Shown here one piece after another: positions 9,630 through 19,500 of a stretch of 64,000 bases of DNA. The position numbers were made by a program, and so were the translations under genes. The notes below the pieces were generated by a model, which worked only from the letters and a program-made list of their open reading frames with translations, did not search any database and was not told the DNA's origin. Position 1 is the stretch's first letter, and each line of letters starts with the position of its first letter. Source of the DNA: Polyangiales bacterium (GTDB taxonomy: Bacteria > Myxococcota_A > Polyangia > Polyangiales > Polyangiaceae); contig JBBRLQ010000029.1 of NCBI GenBank assembly GCA_038231275.1, positions 37,675 to 101,674 of the forward strand. Direction: 5' to 3'.

Positions 9630-12600
9630 ATGGGCTGCACGCGAATCGACGAAGATCTCCTCGGTGTTCTCGACGGCACCGCGCACCCCGACCTGATCGC
9701 CCACGTCGCCGAGTGCGACGCCTGCCGCGACGCCCGGCACGAGGCCGGCCGCATCGGGCGCGAGATCGCCCGCGCCGGATCGGACTACACGCCGCTCCCC
9801 GACGTCGCCCGACGCATCGAGGCCCGCCTCGGTGAGGCGCACGGACGCGAGAGCCACGCGCGCCTCCGCACCGTTACCAAGGCACCCGACGTCGTCATCA
9901 CGCCCGCCGCCGGTCCGGCGCGCACGCTCCACTGGAAATCCGCGATCCTCGGCTTCGCGGCGGTCCTCGGCATCTCCGCGGGCGTCACCGTCGGCGTGAA
10001 AGCGGCGGACTGGCAGAAGAGCCCTCGCGCCGCCGCGTCACGCGCGTGGCACGGCAAGGTTGGCAAGGTCACGCGCAGCGGCGCAGACAAGACCGGCGGG
10101 CTCACGGCGACGCTCCTGAACGGCAAGCAGGCGCCGCTCGTCGAAGGGGCAGAAATCAAGGCCGGCTGGCACGTCGTCACCGATCCCCGCACGCGCGCGC
10201 GCATCGATCTCGACGACGGCACGCAGATCATCCTCGATCGCGCGACCGATCTCGAGATCGGCCAGGCGCCGCGCACCGCGTCGCTGAAGGACGGATCGAT
10301 CATCGCCGACGTCGCCCACCTCGACGGCGCGCCGAGCGCCAAGCTGATCGTGCCCGTGGGCAGCGTGAACGTCCTCGGCACCAAGCTGACCGTCACGGCG
10401 ACCGACGATCGCGCGAGCGTCGAGGTCTTGCGCGGCGTCGTCGAGGTGACCGACACGGCCGGCGCCGTGGCGCAGGTGACCGCAGGCCAAGAGGCCCAGC
10501 TCGCCCGCGGCGCGCGCACCGACGTGACGCCCGCCAACGATCTCGCGCAGCGCGTGGCGTTCGAGGGCGAGCTCGGCAGCGGGCTCGGCCACAACGAGGA
10601 CACGGACGGCTCGGTGAGCGGCCTCGGCGAGCTCCGAGCGAAGAAGCCGGGCAGCACGACGGAGAAAGACCGCGCAGTTCGCCTGACCAGCCACTCGGCC
10701 AAAATCCGCGTCGTCGGCAACGTCGCGCGCACTGAGGTGGACGAAGTCTTCACGAACGACACCGACGACGTGCTCGAGGGCATCTACCGCTTCCCGCTGC
10801 CCCCCGGCGCGCAGATCGAGCGGCTCGCGCTGGAGGTCGACGGCAAGCTCCTCGACGGCGAGTTCGTCGACAAGGCCAAGGCCGCGGCGATTTGGCGCGG
10901 CGCGATCCAGAACGCTGCCCCGAAGGCGCCGCGCCCGCGCGAGGAGATCATCTGGGTGCCTGGCCCGTGGCACGATCCGGCGCTGCTCGAGTGGCAGCGC
11001 GGCGGACGCTTCGAGCTGCGGATCTTCCCGATCCCCAAGCACGGGTCGCGCCGCATCGTGATCGCGTACACCGAGACGGTCGCGCCGGTCGCCGGCGTGC
11101 GGCGGTACACGTATCCGCTGCCGCAGTCGACGGCGAGCGACATGAAGATCGACACCTTCGCGCTCGACGTCCAGGTGACGGGCGCCGACCCCAAGGCCGG
11201 CGTGAAGGTGCGAGGTTACGAGCTCGCGCGCTCACAAGGCGGCAGCGACAGCGCGCCCGGGACCGAGCGCTTCGCGCAGACGATGACCGGATTCACGCCG
11301 TCGGGCGATCTCACGCTCGAATACGCGCTGGCCGATCGGGCCACCGACGCCAGCGCCTACGGCTTCGCGGACGGCACCGCGAAGACGAAGGAAGACGGCT
11401 TCGTGGCCATCGCGCTGCGGCCCAAGCTCCCGAAGTGGGCGGACACGAGGCCGCGCGATCAGGTCATCGTCGTCGACTCCGGGCGCTCGATGTTCGGCGA
11501 GCGCTTCAAGCGCGCGCGGCAGCTCGCGGTTCAGGTGATCCAGGAGATGGACCGGCGCGATCGCGTCACGGTCCTCGCGTGCGACGTGACGTGCCGCGCG
11601 ATGCCGGGCGGCTTCAAGGCGCCGGGCTCGGGCGCCGCGCACGATGCGGATGCGTTCATGGCGGGCGTGACGCCGGACGGCGCGAGCGACGTCGTAGGCG
11701 CGGTGCGAGCGGCGGCCGCGTCGACGGGACACGACGCGGCGCGCGACCTTCGCGTGGTCCTCGTCTCCTCGGGGCTCGCGTCTGCGGGCTACCGGCGCGC
11801 CTCTGCGATCGCTCCCGAGGTCAGCGAGGCCCTGCCCGACGGCCGCGCCGAAGTCGTCACCGTGCCCATCGGTGCGGACGCCGATCTCGTCATGCTCGAG
11901 GAGATCGCGCGCGGGGGAGGCGGCGTGCTGGTGCCGTACCAGCCCGGCGAGCGGCTCGAGACCGCTGCGCTCGACGTCTTGAACGCCACGTACGGGACGA
12001 CGCTCCGCGACGTCACGCTGGAGCTCCCTGCGGGCCTCCACGACTCCGCGCCGACCCTGCTCGCGCCCATCCGCGCCGGAGAAGAGCGCATCGTGGTCGC
12101 GCGTGTGACCGGCGATCGGGTGCAAGGCGACGCGACCCTCAAGGGCAAGGTCGGCGGGGAGCCGTTCGAGGCGAAATACCCGCTCGACGTGCGCGTCGTA
12201 GGCGACGCGGGCAACGCGTTCGTGCCGCGCCTCTACGCAGCCGCCCGCATCGCCGACAAGGAGCGCGACGGCGGCGAGGGCGCTCGCGCGGAGCTCGTGA
12301 CCCTCTCGCGCCGCCACGCCGTTCCCAGCCGCTTCACGTCGCTCCTCGTGCTCGAGAGCGAGGCGATGTTCCAAGCGTTCGGGATCGACCGCGCCACGCG
12401 CGCACAGACATGGACCGGCGATCTGGCCGCGACCGGCACCGACGTCGCGACCCTCGCCCCCGCAACGCCGGCCGACGAGGCGCAGGCGCTGAACAGCGGC
12501 GGGCTTGGGCTCGGTCACGGTTACGGCGTCGGCGCAAGCAAAGGCGCGGGCGCAGGCGGCTCGGCACCTGCCGGCGATCTCTCGGATCCACTTCGTTCGG

Positions 12601-14072
12601 CGTCCGGCGCTCCCGCCACTCAACCCGCTCCGCCGCCGGCCCCGCCCGCCAGGCCAAAGCCGTCGAACAAGATCGACAACGCCGATCCGTTCGCGGCCGA
12701 AGACGCGCCGCGCGACAAGAAAGAGATCCCGCGCGCGATCACGGCGCCGACGGCGACCGCGAGCCCCGACTGGGCGGGTCGCAGGGCGATCCCTCGGCAG
12801 CGTGGCGGACAGTTCATGAAGCGCGTGTGGTTCCGCAAGGCGCAGATCTTCGCGGACGGCGCCCCGGCCGTCGCGGGAGACCGCCTCGCCGCCGCGCGTA
12901 CCGCCCTCCAGGCCGCGCCTGACGAGCGCGGACGCCACCGCGAGCTCGCGCGCCTCCTCGCCGTCAGCGGTCAGCTCGACGAGCTCTCCGATCTGCTCGC
13001 AAAATGGTCGACGCGCGATCCGCTCGACGCCGACGCCATCGCCGCGCGTGCCGACCTCACCGCCCGCCAAGGCGACCGCGAGGCCGCGCTGCGTATCCTG
13101 GGTGGCGCGCTCGCCGCCCCCGCGCTCTCGACGGCTGATGCCGCGACGTTGGCCGCAACTGTGGCCAGCGCGCACGAACGCGCAGGAAAGAGCGAGGCGT
13201 GCGCGTTCCGCATCGCCGCCGCCGAGCTCCGGCCGGCCGATCCGGACTCCGTCGCGCGCGCCGTGCTCTGCGAGCGCTCACGCGGCCGTGGCGCCGCCGC
13301 CGAACGCTGGCTCGCCGGCCTCAAGGACGACGCGACGCGGACGCTCGTGGCCGCTGCCGCCGCCAAGGTCGACGCCACCGCGACCAAGCCCGACACGGTC
13401 AACGGCGATTTCGTCGTGACCGCCACGTGGGACGGCGGCGCCGACGCGGACCTCGACGTTTCGATCCTCGACCCCAACGGGACCCGCGCCGCGTGGGCGA
13501 GCCGCGCCAAGGGCGTGCGCGTCGACGGCGCGACCAGCAAGACACGCGAGTCGTTGTCGCTCTCTTCGGGCGGCACCGGGCCGTTCGTCGTCGAGCTCGT
13601 CCGCGCGAGCGGCGGCACCGGCACGGTGAGCGGCTCCCTCGCGATCCGCGCGCTGGGCGTCACGCAGAACGTGCCGTTCACGATCCCTTCGGGCACGAGC
13701 CGCGTCCAGCTCGCCCGCGTCGACGTCCGCATGGACTCGAACCTGGTCCCGGTGGACGACGTCTCGAACGACGCCATCGTCGTCGGTGCGGCTCCCTTCG
13801 ATCGCGGCGGCGCGGCGCGTGTCCTCGCCGGCGCGGCCAGCTCCGCGCGCAGCTGCGTCGACGAAAACGGGCCCACGGGTCAGGGCAGGGCCCTCGTGAC
13901 GTTCTCACCCACGGGCTCCGTCACGCGCGTGTCGATCGACGCGCCGTTCGCCGGCACGCCGGTCGGCACCTGCGTCCTCGGGCGCTTCCGCTCGCTGCGC
14001 CTCGCCCCCTTCGCGGGCGGCGAGGTCACCGTCAGCAAGTCCTTCGTGATCGACGGCTTCCCGTCGCAGTAG
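9630..14072 (+). CDS. Giant anti-sigma fusion: ZAS zinc finger-TM-FecR-VIT-vWA-TPR-YfaP-like-TonB_C/AgmX-like
   Basis: HVAECDAC (HxxxCxxC); TM AILGFAAVLGISAGVTVGV; FecR-like RIDLDDGT..VLGTK..VEVLRGVVEV; VIT FTNDTDDVLEGIYRFPLPPGA; vWA VIVVDSGRSM; TWDGGADADLDVSILDPNG; C-terminal CVLGRFRSLRLAPF. Confidence 0.8.
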   Translation: MGCTRIDEDLLGVLDGTAHPDLIAHVAECDACRDARHEAGRIGREIARAGSDYTPLPDVARRIEARLGEAHGRESHARLRTVTKAPDVVITPAAGPARTLHWKSAILGFAAVLGISAGVTVGVKAADWQKSPRAAASRAWHGKVGKVTRSGADKTGGLTATLLNGKQAPLVEGAEIKAGWHVVTDPRTRARIDLDDGTQIILDRATDLEIGQAPRTASLKDGSIIADVAHLDGAPSAKLIVPVGSVNVLGTKLTVTATDDRASVEVLRGVVEVTDTAGAVAQVTAGQEAQLARGARTDVTPANDLAQRVAFEGELGSGLGHNEDTDGSVSGLGELRAKKPGSTTEKDRAVRLTSHSAKIRVVGNVARTEVDEVFTNDTDDVLEGIYRFPLPPGAQIERLALEVDGKLLDGEFVDKAKAAAIWRGAIQNAAPKAPRPREEIIWVPGPWHDPALLEWQRGGRFELRIFPIPKHGSRRIVIAYTETVAPVAGVRRYTYPLPQSTASDMKIDTFALDVQVTGADPKAGVKVRGYELARSQGGSDSAPGTERFAQTMTGFTPSGDLTLEYALADRATDASAYGFADGTAKTKEDGFVAIALRPKLPKWADTRPRDQVIVVDSGRSMFGERFKRARQLAVQVIQEMDRRDRVTVLACDVTCRAMPGGFKAPGSGAAHDADAFMAGVTPDGASDVVGAVRAAAASTGHDAARDLRVVLVSSGLASAGYRRASAIAPEVSEALPDGRAEVVTVPIGADADLVMLEEIARGGGGVLVPYQPGERLETAALDVLNATYGTTLRDVTLELPAGLHDSAPTLLAPIRAGEERIVVARVTGDRVQGDATLKGKVGGEPFEAKYPLDVRVVGDAGNAFVPRLYAAARIADKERDGGEGARAELVTLSRRHAVPSRFTSLLVLESEAMFQAFGIDRATRAQTWTGDLAATGTDVATLAPATPADEAQALNSGGLGLGHGYGVGASKGAGAGGSAPAGDLSDPLRSASGAPATQPAPPPAPPARPKPSNKIDNADPFAAEDAPRDKKEIPRAITAPTATASPDWAGRRAIPRQRGGQFMKRVWFRKAQIFADGAPAVAGDRLAAARTALQAAPDERGRHRELARLLAVSGQLDELSDLLAKWSTRDPLDADAIAARADLTARQGDREAALRILGGALAAPALSTADAATLAATVASAHERAGKSEACAFRIAAAELRPADPDSVARAVLCERSRGRGAAAERWLAGLKDDATRTLVAAAAAKVDATATKPDTVNGDFVVTATWDGGADADLDVSILDPNGTRAAWASRAKGVRVDGATSKTRESLSLSSGGTGPFVVELVRASGGTGTVSGSLAIRALGVTQNVPFTIPSGTSRVQLARVDVRMDSNLVPVDDVSNDAIVVGAAPFDRGGAARVLAGAASSARSCVDENGPTGQGRALVTFSPTGSVTRVSIDAPFAGTPVGTCVLGRFRSLRLAPFAGGEVTVSKSFVIDGFPSQ

Positions 14073-14084
14073 GTGCGCGCGGGA

Positions 14085-14504
14085 TCAGCCGAGCGCGCGG
14101 GCGAGGACGTCGAGCGCCTCGAGGACCCGCGCGCGCTCGGCGCGGGGCAGCTTCTCGAGCAGGAGCGAGAGCGCCTGGATGGCCTCGTCGTTCACTGTAT
14201 CGGCCGTGCGCTTTCCGCGCGGCGTGAGGCGAACGTCGGTCTGCCGGCCGTCGTCGGTGCCCTTCTTGCGCGTGATGAGGCCGGCGCGCTCGAGTCCCGA
14301 GAGGTTGCGGCTCGCCGTCGAGGGGTCGATCCCCAACATCACGGCGAGCGTCGAGGTCGACACCGCTCCGCGTTCGAGAATGAGCTGCAGGGTCTCCGCT
14401 TGCTGGGCGGTAACCTCACCCGCGCGGGCGCGCTCACGACTGATGCGCCCGAGGCCTCGGGCCACCGTCTGAACCGCGCGCGCGAACCTATCCGTGTCGG
14501 CCAT
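14085..14504 (-). CDS. MarR family transcriptional regulator
   Basis: LAVMLGIDPSTASRNLSGLERAGLITR..DGRQTDVRLTPRG. Confidence 0.93.
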   Translation of the reverse strand: MADTDRFARAVQTVARGLGRISRERARAGEVTAQQAETLQLILERGAVSTSTLAVMLGIDPSTASRNLSGLERAGLITRKKGTDDGRQTDVRLTPRGKRTADTVNDEAIQALSLLLEKLPRAERARVLEALDVLARALG

Positions 14505-14812
14505 GGGAGGGCCTGTACTCTACAACTTATGTCTCCGCGTCAAGCCCGCGCTTTCGTGCACCGCAAAAAAGTGAACGGTGAAGGGCGCTTGTGCGCGGCA
14601 AAAAAATCGAGCGATCGGCCCGCGAGCGACCGCGCGCCAACGTCGCCTGCAACGACCCACGCGCCAACCTTGACGGTCAGGGCGAAGAGCCGCACAGAAC
14701 GAAGCAGGATGAGGACGAATTCGCGGCACGCGGGGCGGCCTCGGCCGCGACTAGCCGTGCGAAAGCGCCTTTTCGAAACGGCCCCGATGTGTCAAAACGG
14801 GGCCGCACGGGA

Positions 14813-14840
14813 ATGAACGACTCGATGAACGACTCCATGA
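14813..14840 (+). repeat. 12-nt tandem repeat ATGAACGACTC(G/C) giving three in-frame ATGs
   Basis: atgaacgactcg atgaacgactcc atga. Confidence 0.8.
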
Positions 14841-15565
14841 GCCCGCGCGGGGGCACGGCGAACCGCGGCGGCGGGTTCTGGGCGATGCCCACCAAGCCGC
14901 CCAAGTCCGGCGGCACCTGCCGCATGTTCGAGAGCGATCTCGTCGAGCGCTTCTCGCGCATCCACCCGATCATGCCGTTCGTCGCGTGGGTGCCCGTCGC
15001 GTCCTTTGTCATTTTCCGGAGCGCGACGCGCCATGATCTGCCGTACCTCGGCGTCGCCGGCATGGTCGCGCTGGGCGTCCTCGCGTGGACGCTCGCGGAG
15101 TACGTGCTGCACCGCTACGTCTTTCACTGGATGAAGGACACGGCGGCCGGCCGGCGTATCCACTTCCTCCTGCACGGCGTCCACCACGACTTCCCGAACG
15201 ACGGCGATCGCCTGGTGATGCCGCTCGGCTTCAGCATCCCGCTGTCGGTCGTCTTCTATTCGCTCTTCTTCGCCGCGCTCGGAGGACTACGTCTCTCCGA
15301 GCCGTTCTTCGCCGGCTTCGTGCTCGGCTACCTGATGTACGACGGCACGCACTACGCGGTGCACCACTTCAAGCAGCGGACCCGCCTCGGCAAGTGGGTG
15401 AAGCGTCACCACATGCTGCACCACCACCTCGACCACGCCGGCGGCTTCGGCGTGTCGTCTCCGCTCTGGGACCTCGTGTTCCGCACGATGCCGCAGCCCA
15501 AGCGTCCTGTGCGCGCCCGAGCCGGCGGCGCGCGCGGCGCCAGCGAGAGCGCGAAGACGGGCTGA
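14813..15565 (+). CDS. Fatty acid hydroxylase / sterol desaturase family (FA2H/Scs7-like)
   Basis: His boxes EYVLHRYVFH, LHGVHH, HYAVHH, KRHHMLHH; RLVMP and FGVSSPLWD motifs; start uncertain. Confidence 0.88.
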   Translation: MNDSMNDSMSPRGGTANRGGGFWAMPTKPPKSGGTCRMFESDLVERFSRIHPIMPFVAWVPVASFVIFRSATRHDLPYLGVAGMVALGVLAWTLAEYVLHRYVFHWMKDTAAGRRIHFLLHGVHHDFPNDGDRLVMPLGFSIPLSVVFYSLFFAALGGLRLSEPFFAGFVLGYLMYDGTHYAVHHFKQRTRLGKWVKRHHMLHHHLDHAGGFGVSSPLWDLVFRTMPQPKRPVRARAGGARGASESAKTG

Positions 15566-15576
15566 GCTACTTCGAG

Positions 15577-15756
15577 CTACTTGGACTTGGCGATGGCGGC
15601 CTGCAGCGCCGGCATCGGGATGCGAGCGACCGTCATTTGGGAGGTCTGACCGTCGAGCGCCGCACCTGCGCGCGCACCCATGGCGAACGCGGAGAGGACG
15701 CCGACGACGGCGAGGGCGGTTACAGCGAGCGACCGACGGAGCTTCGTGCTGTGCAT
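15577..15756 (-). CDS. Small secreted peptide (59 aa)
   Basis: AGGAGG RBS; MHSTKLRRSLAVTALAVVGVLSAFAMGARA signal-peptide-like N-terminus. Confidence 0.65.
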   Translation of the reverse strand: MHSTKLRRSLAVTALAVVGVLSAFAMGARAGAALDGQTSQMTVARIPMPALQAAIAKSK

Positions 15757-16036
15757 CGAGGACCTCCTGGGTGTTGCTTGGGGGGGCCAGTCTGGGTGTG
15801 ATCTTCGTGTCGTGCCCAATCCCAACCATTGCAGAGTAACGCCGGGCCGGCGTCGAGGCAGGGCCAAAGTCAGGGTCGCACGTGCTTTTGTCCCACCTCT
15901 GAAACGGGCTGAAACCATTCGCGGTTTTCGGGAAACGGGTCTGATCCGAGTGTCAGCGTGTACGCAAAAGTTGCATCGTGCCCACCTCGCCCCACGCGGC
16001 CAGGCAGCCGCCGGCTCGGGGTGATAGCCTTCGGCC

Positions 16037-16489
16037 ATGTCTGGGCTGAACAAGGACGTGTTCGTGGCGCTCGCGGCCGTGGGGTGGGCAGACGGATCGC
16101 TCGACGCGGAGGAGGCTGACGCCATCGTGCGGGCCGCCGTCGACGAGGGGCTCGATCTGGCAGAGATCGGCGAGATCGAAACCGCGACCCGCGAGAAGAT
16201 CGATCTCGGCGTCGTCGATCGTTCCCAGATGACGAAAGGGGACCGCGTCTTCGTCTACGCCGTCGCGTGCTGGATCGCGGGCATCGACGCGAAGGTCACC
16301 GACGAGGAGACCGCGGCTCTCGCGAAGCTTGGCGAGCGCCTCGGCGTCCCCGAGCGACTGCGCGCGTACGCCGAGTCCGTGGCGCGCGAGGTGGCGGCCC
16401 TCCCGGACGGAGACCGGCCACATCGGTACGATCTGGCCAAGGTGCGGCGCCTCCTCGGCGAGCGTCTGGATCAAGCAAAGCAGGGCTGA
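16037..16489 (+). CDS. TerB-like tellurite-resistance family protein
   Basis: Two AxxxxADG/DA..EE helical half-motifs (AVGWADGSLDAEE; WIAGIDAKVTDEE...LG). Confidence 0.75.
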   Translation: MSGLNKDVFVALAAVGWADGSLDAEEADAIVRAAVDEGLDLAEIGEIETATREKIDLGVVDRSQMTKGDRVFVYAVACWIAGIDAKVTDEETAALAKLGERLGVPERLRAYAESVAREVAALPDGDRPHRYDLAKVRRLLGERLDQAKQG

Positions 16490-16568
16490 TCTTGACGCGG
16501 CAGCTGTTAGACTGCCGACCAGTTTGCCTAAACCCGGGACTGACCGAAGACGAGTGTGAGAGAGAGGA

Positions 16569-19500
16569 ATGTCCCAAGGGGATAAACCGCCCGAGTCGCG
16601 GAAGTCGATGCCGCCGAGCGAGATCGGATCGCTCCTGGCGAACCGCTACGAGGTCGTGCGCGAGCTCGGTCGTGGCGGCATGGGCATCGTGTACCTCTGC
16701 AAGGACATCGTCACCGGCGAGCGCGTCGCGCTGAAGCGCCTGCGCACGCCGGAAGAGGGCAAAGGCTCGCAGCGCGCGGAGGAGAGCTGGTGGTTCCACC
16801 AGGAGGCGCGCGCCGTCGCGTCGCTCGATCATCCGGCGATCGTTCGCGCTCGCGATTTCGGATCGCTCGCCGACGGCAGTCCGTACCTGGTGATGGACGC
16901 GCTGCCAGGGCGCAGCGTGCACGAGTGGATGCACACGACGACGATCCCGTGGTCCGTCGTCTGGGCCATGGTCGATCAGGTGCTCGCGGGGCTCGCGCAC
17001 GCGCACGCGCGGGGGATCATCCATGGAGATCTCAAGCCGTCGAACGTGATGCTCGATCTCGCGTCGACGGGACGCGGGCCGCGCGCGTACGTGCTCGATC
17101 TCGGGCTCGCGTGGTTGCGTCAGTCGCGGCACGATCCGCGGCTCGACGGCTCGCCCGAACCGGAGCTCGCGACGCACTCGGGCGCCGGCACCGTCGGGTG
17201 GGTCGCCCCGGAGCAGATCCGCAAGGCGGCGCCTCACGTCGGCCCGCCGACGGACATGTACGCGCTCGGCTGCATCGTGTACCGCGTGCTCACCGGCAAG
17301 GAGGTCTTCGAGGGCAACGCGCAGGAGGTCCTCCGCGCGCACAAGAGGACTCCCGTGCCGCCGCTTAAGCTCGCGGATGGCGTGCCGCCGGGCGTCGGGC
17401 CGTACGTGCAGAAGCTCCTCGCGAAGAAGCCGTGGCAGCGCTTCGAGCTCGCCGCCGACGCGCGACGCGCCTGGGGGCAGCTGCGACCGACCCACGCGCC
17501 CACGCTCGAAGAGACGATGGCCTCGACTCCGCTCCCGATGCCGGGCGTGCCGATGCCCGCGTCGTCGAGCCCGGCGATGGGTCGCGCCGTCGCGCAAGCG
17601 CGCTCGCTCGCGCCGGGGCTCCTCTCCATGCGCCCGTCGCCGACCATCGCTCGCGACTCCGAGCGTCGCGAGCTGATGAGCGTCGTCGACCAGATCAACA
17701 GCGGCGTGGGGCCGCCGCAGCGCATGATCGCGGTGCTCGGAGAGGCAGGCGTCGGCAAGAGCCACCTCGCCCAGTGGTTCTGCGAGCAGGTGCACGAGAC
17801 CGGTCGCATGTGGCCGCTCCGCGCGCGCTACGGCCGCATCCCGACGCCGCTCGACGGCGTGACCGGCGCGGTCAACAACTTCTTCGGCCTCCAAGGCGCC
17901 GACAGAGCCCTCGTGGAGCAGACCTTTCTCAATCGATGGGAGGTCGCCAAGGACGACGAGGACGGCCTCACGTGGGTCGCCGCGATCGCCGAGTGGCTTC
18001 GGCCCACGCCGCCGGGGACGGTGGCTCCGCTAGGCCCCACCGGGAAGCGCTTCGTCCTCGACACGGCCGAGCTCCGTCAGGTCGTCGTCCGAAAAATTTT
18101 GGAGCGCATCGCGCACGATCGGCCGGTGCTCATCTGGTTCGACGATCTGCACCTCGCGAGCCCCAACACGTTCGAGATGCTCGCGAGCCTGCGCCGCGAC
18201 GCGCCGCGCCTGCGCATCCTGATCCTCGCGACGGCGCGCAGCGAGGCGCTCGAGACCGATCTCGACGCCGCGCTGCGCATGGAGTCGACGCGCGCCGACT
18301 GGAACGGGCGCGTCCTCGAGATGAAACCGCTCTCGAGCGAAGAGACCGAAGCGCTCTTGCGCGCGACGCTGCCGCTCCATGACGACGCCGTGGTCGGCGC
18401 GACCGCGCAGTCGCGCGGCAACCCGCTCTTCGCGCTGCAGCTCCTTCACGCGTGGGCGGGTGGCGGCTACCTCACGCTCGACAAGGGGCGCTACCGCGTG
18501 CCCGACGAGGCACTGCAAGGACGCGCCATCACCACCTCGGAGCTGTGGGACGAGCGCCTGCGCGCAGTGCCGACCGATCTGCGCCTCGCGGCCTACGCCG
18601 CCGCGGCGCTGGGAGAGGACATTCGCGGCGTCGTCCTGAAGGCGCTGTGCGCGGCGCTCGGCCTGGACGCGCGCGACGCGATGGTCGCCCTGACACGCGC
18701 GCAGATCCTCCTCGCGAGCGGCAACGATCAGTTCCGCTGGGCGCACGCGCTCCTCCAAGAGCACCTGCTCGCGCGCGTCCACGAACGGAGCGACGCGCCG
18801 GCCGTCTTCCGCCTCGCCGCCAACGCGCTCGCGAAGCACCCCGCCGTCGGCTCGCGCCGCATCATGAAGCACCGCGTGACGAACCTGCTCAAGGCGGGCG
18901 ACGACGATCTGGCGGCGCAGCTCATGTTCCGGCACATCGATGGGTCGTGGCGGCGCGGTCGCGACACCGCAGCGACGCTGCGCGATCTCGAGCTCCTCGA
19001 CGGCCACGTCTCCGGCGCGGCCGCCGCCGAGTACTCGTACTGGCGCGCCGAAGCGATGCGCCACACCGGCCGCCTCGAGGAGGCGAAGGAGAACGCCGAG
19101 CTCGCGCGGAAGGCGTTCGAGCACAACGGCGATCGAACCCGGGAGGCGCAGGCGCTTCGGCTTCTCGGCCACCTGATGAGCGACGTGGGCCAGCCCGCGC
19201 AGGGGCGCGTCCTCGTCGAAAAGGCGCTCGGCCGGTTCGAGGAGATCGGCGACGAAGCCGGCCGCGCGCAGACGCTCGTCGTCCTCGGCGAGATCGACTA
19301 CTTGCTCGGCGAGCACTCGCGCGCGCGTCAGGTCCTCAACGACGCGCGCGCACGCTGCACCATCGTCGGCGACGCGCTCGGCCGCGCCCAGACGCAGATC
19401 CTCCTGGCGATGATCGAGACCGCCGTCGGCGGCTACCAGCGCGCGCGCAGCCTGCTGATGGAGGGCCGCGCCGAGTTCGACAGCATCGGCTACCGCCTCG

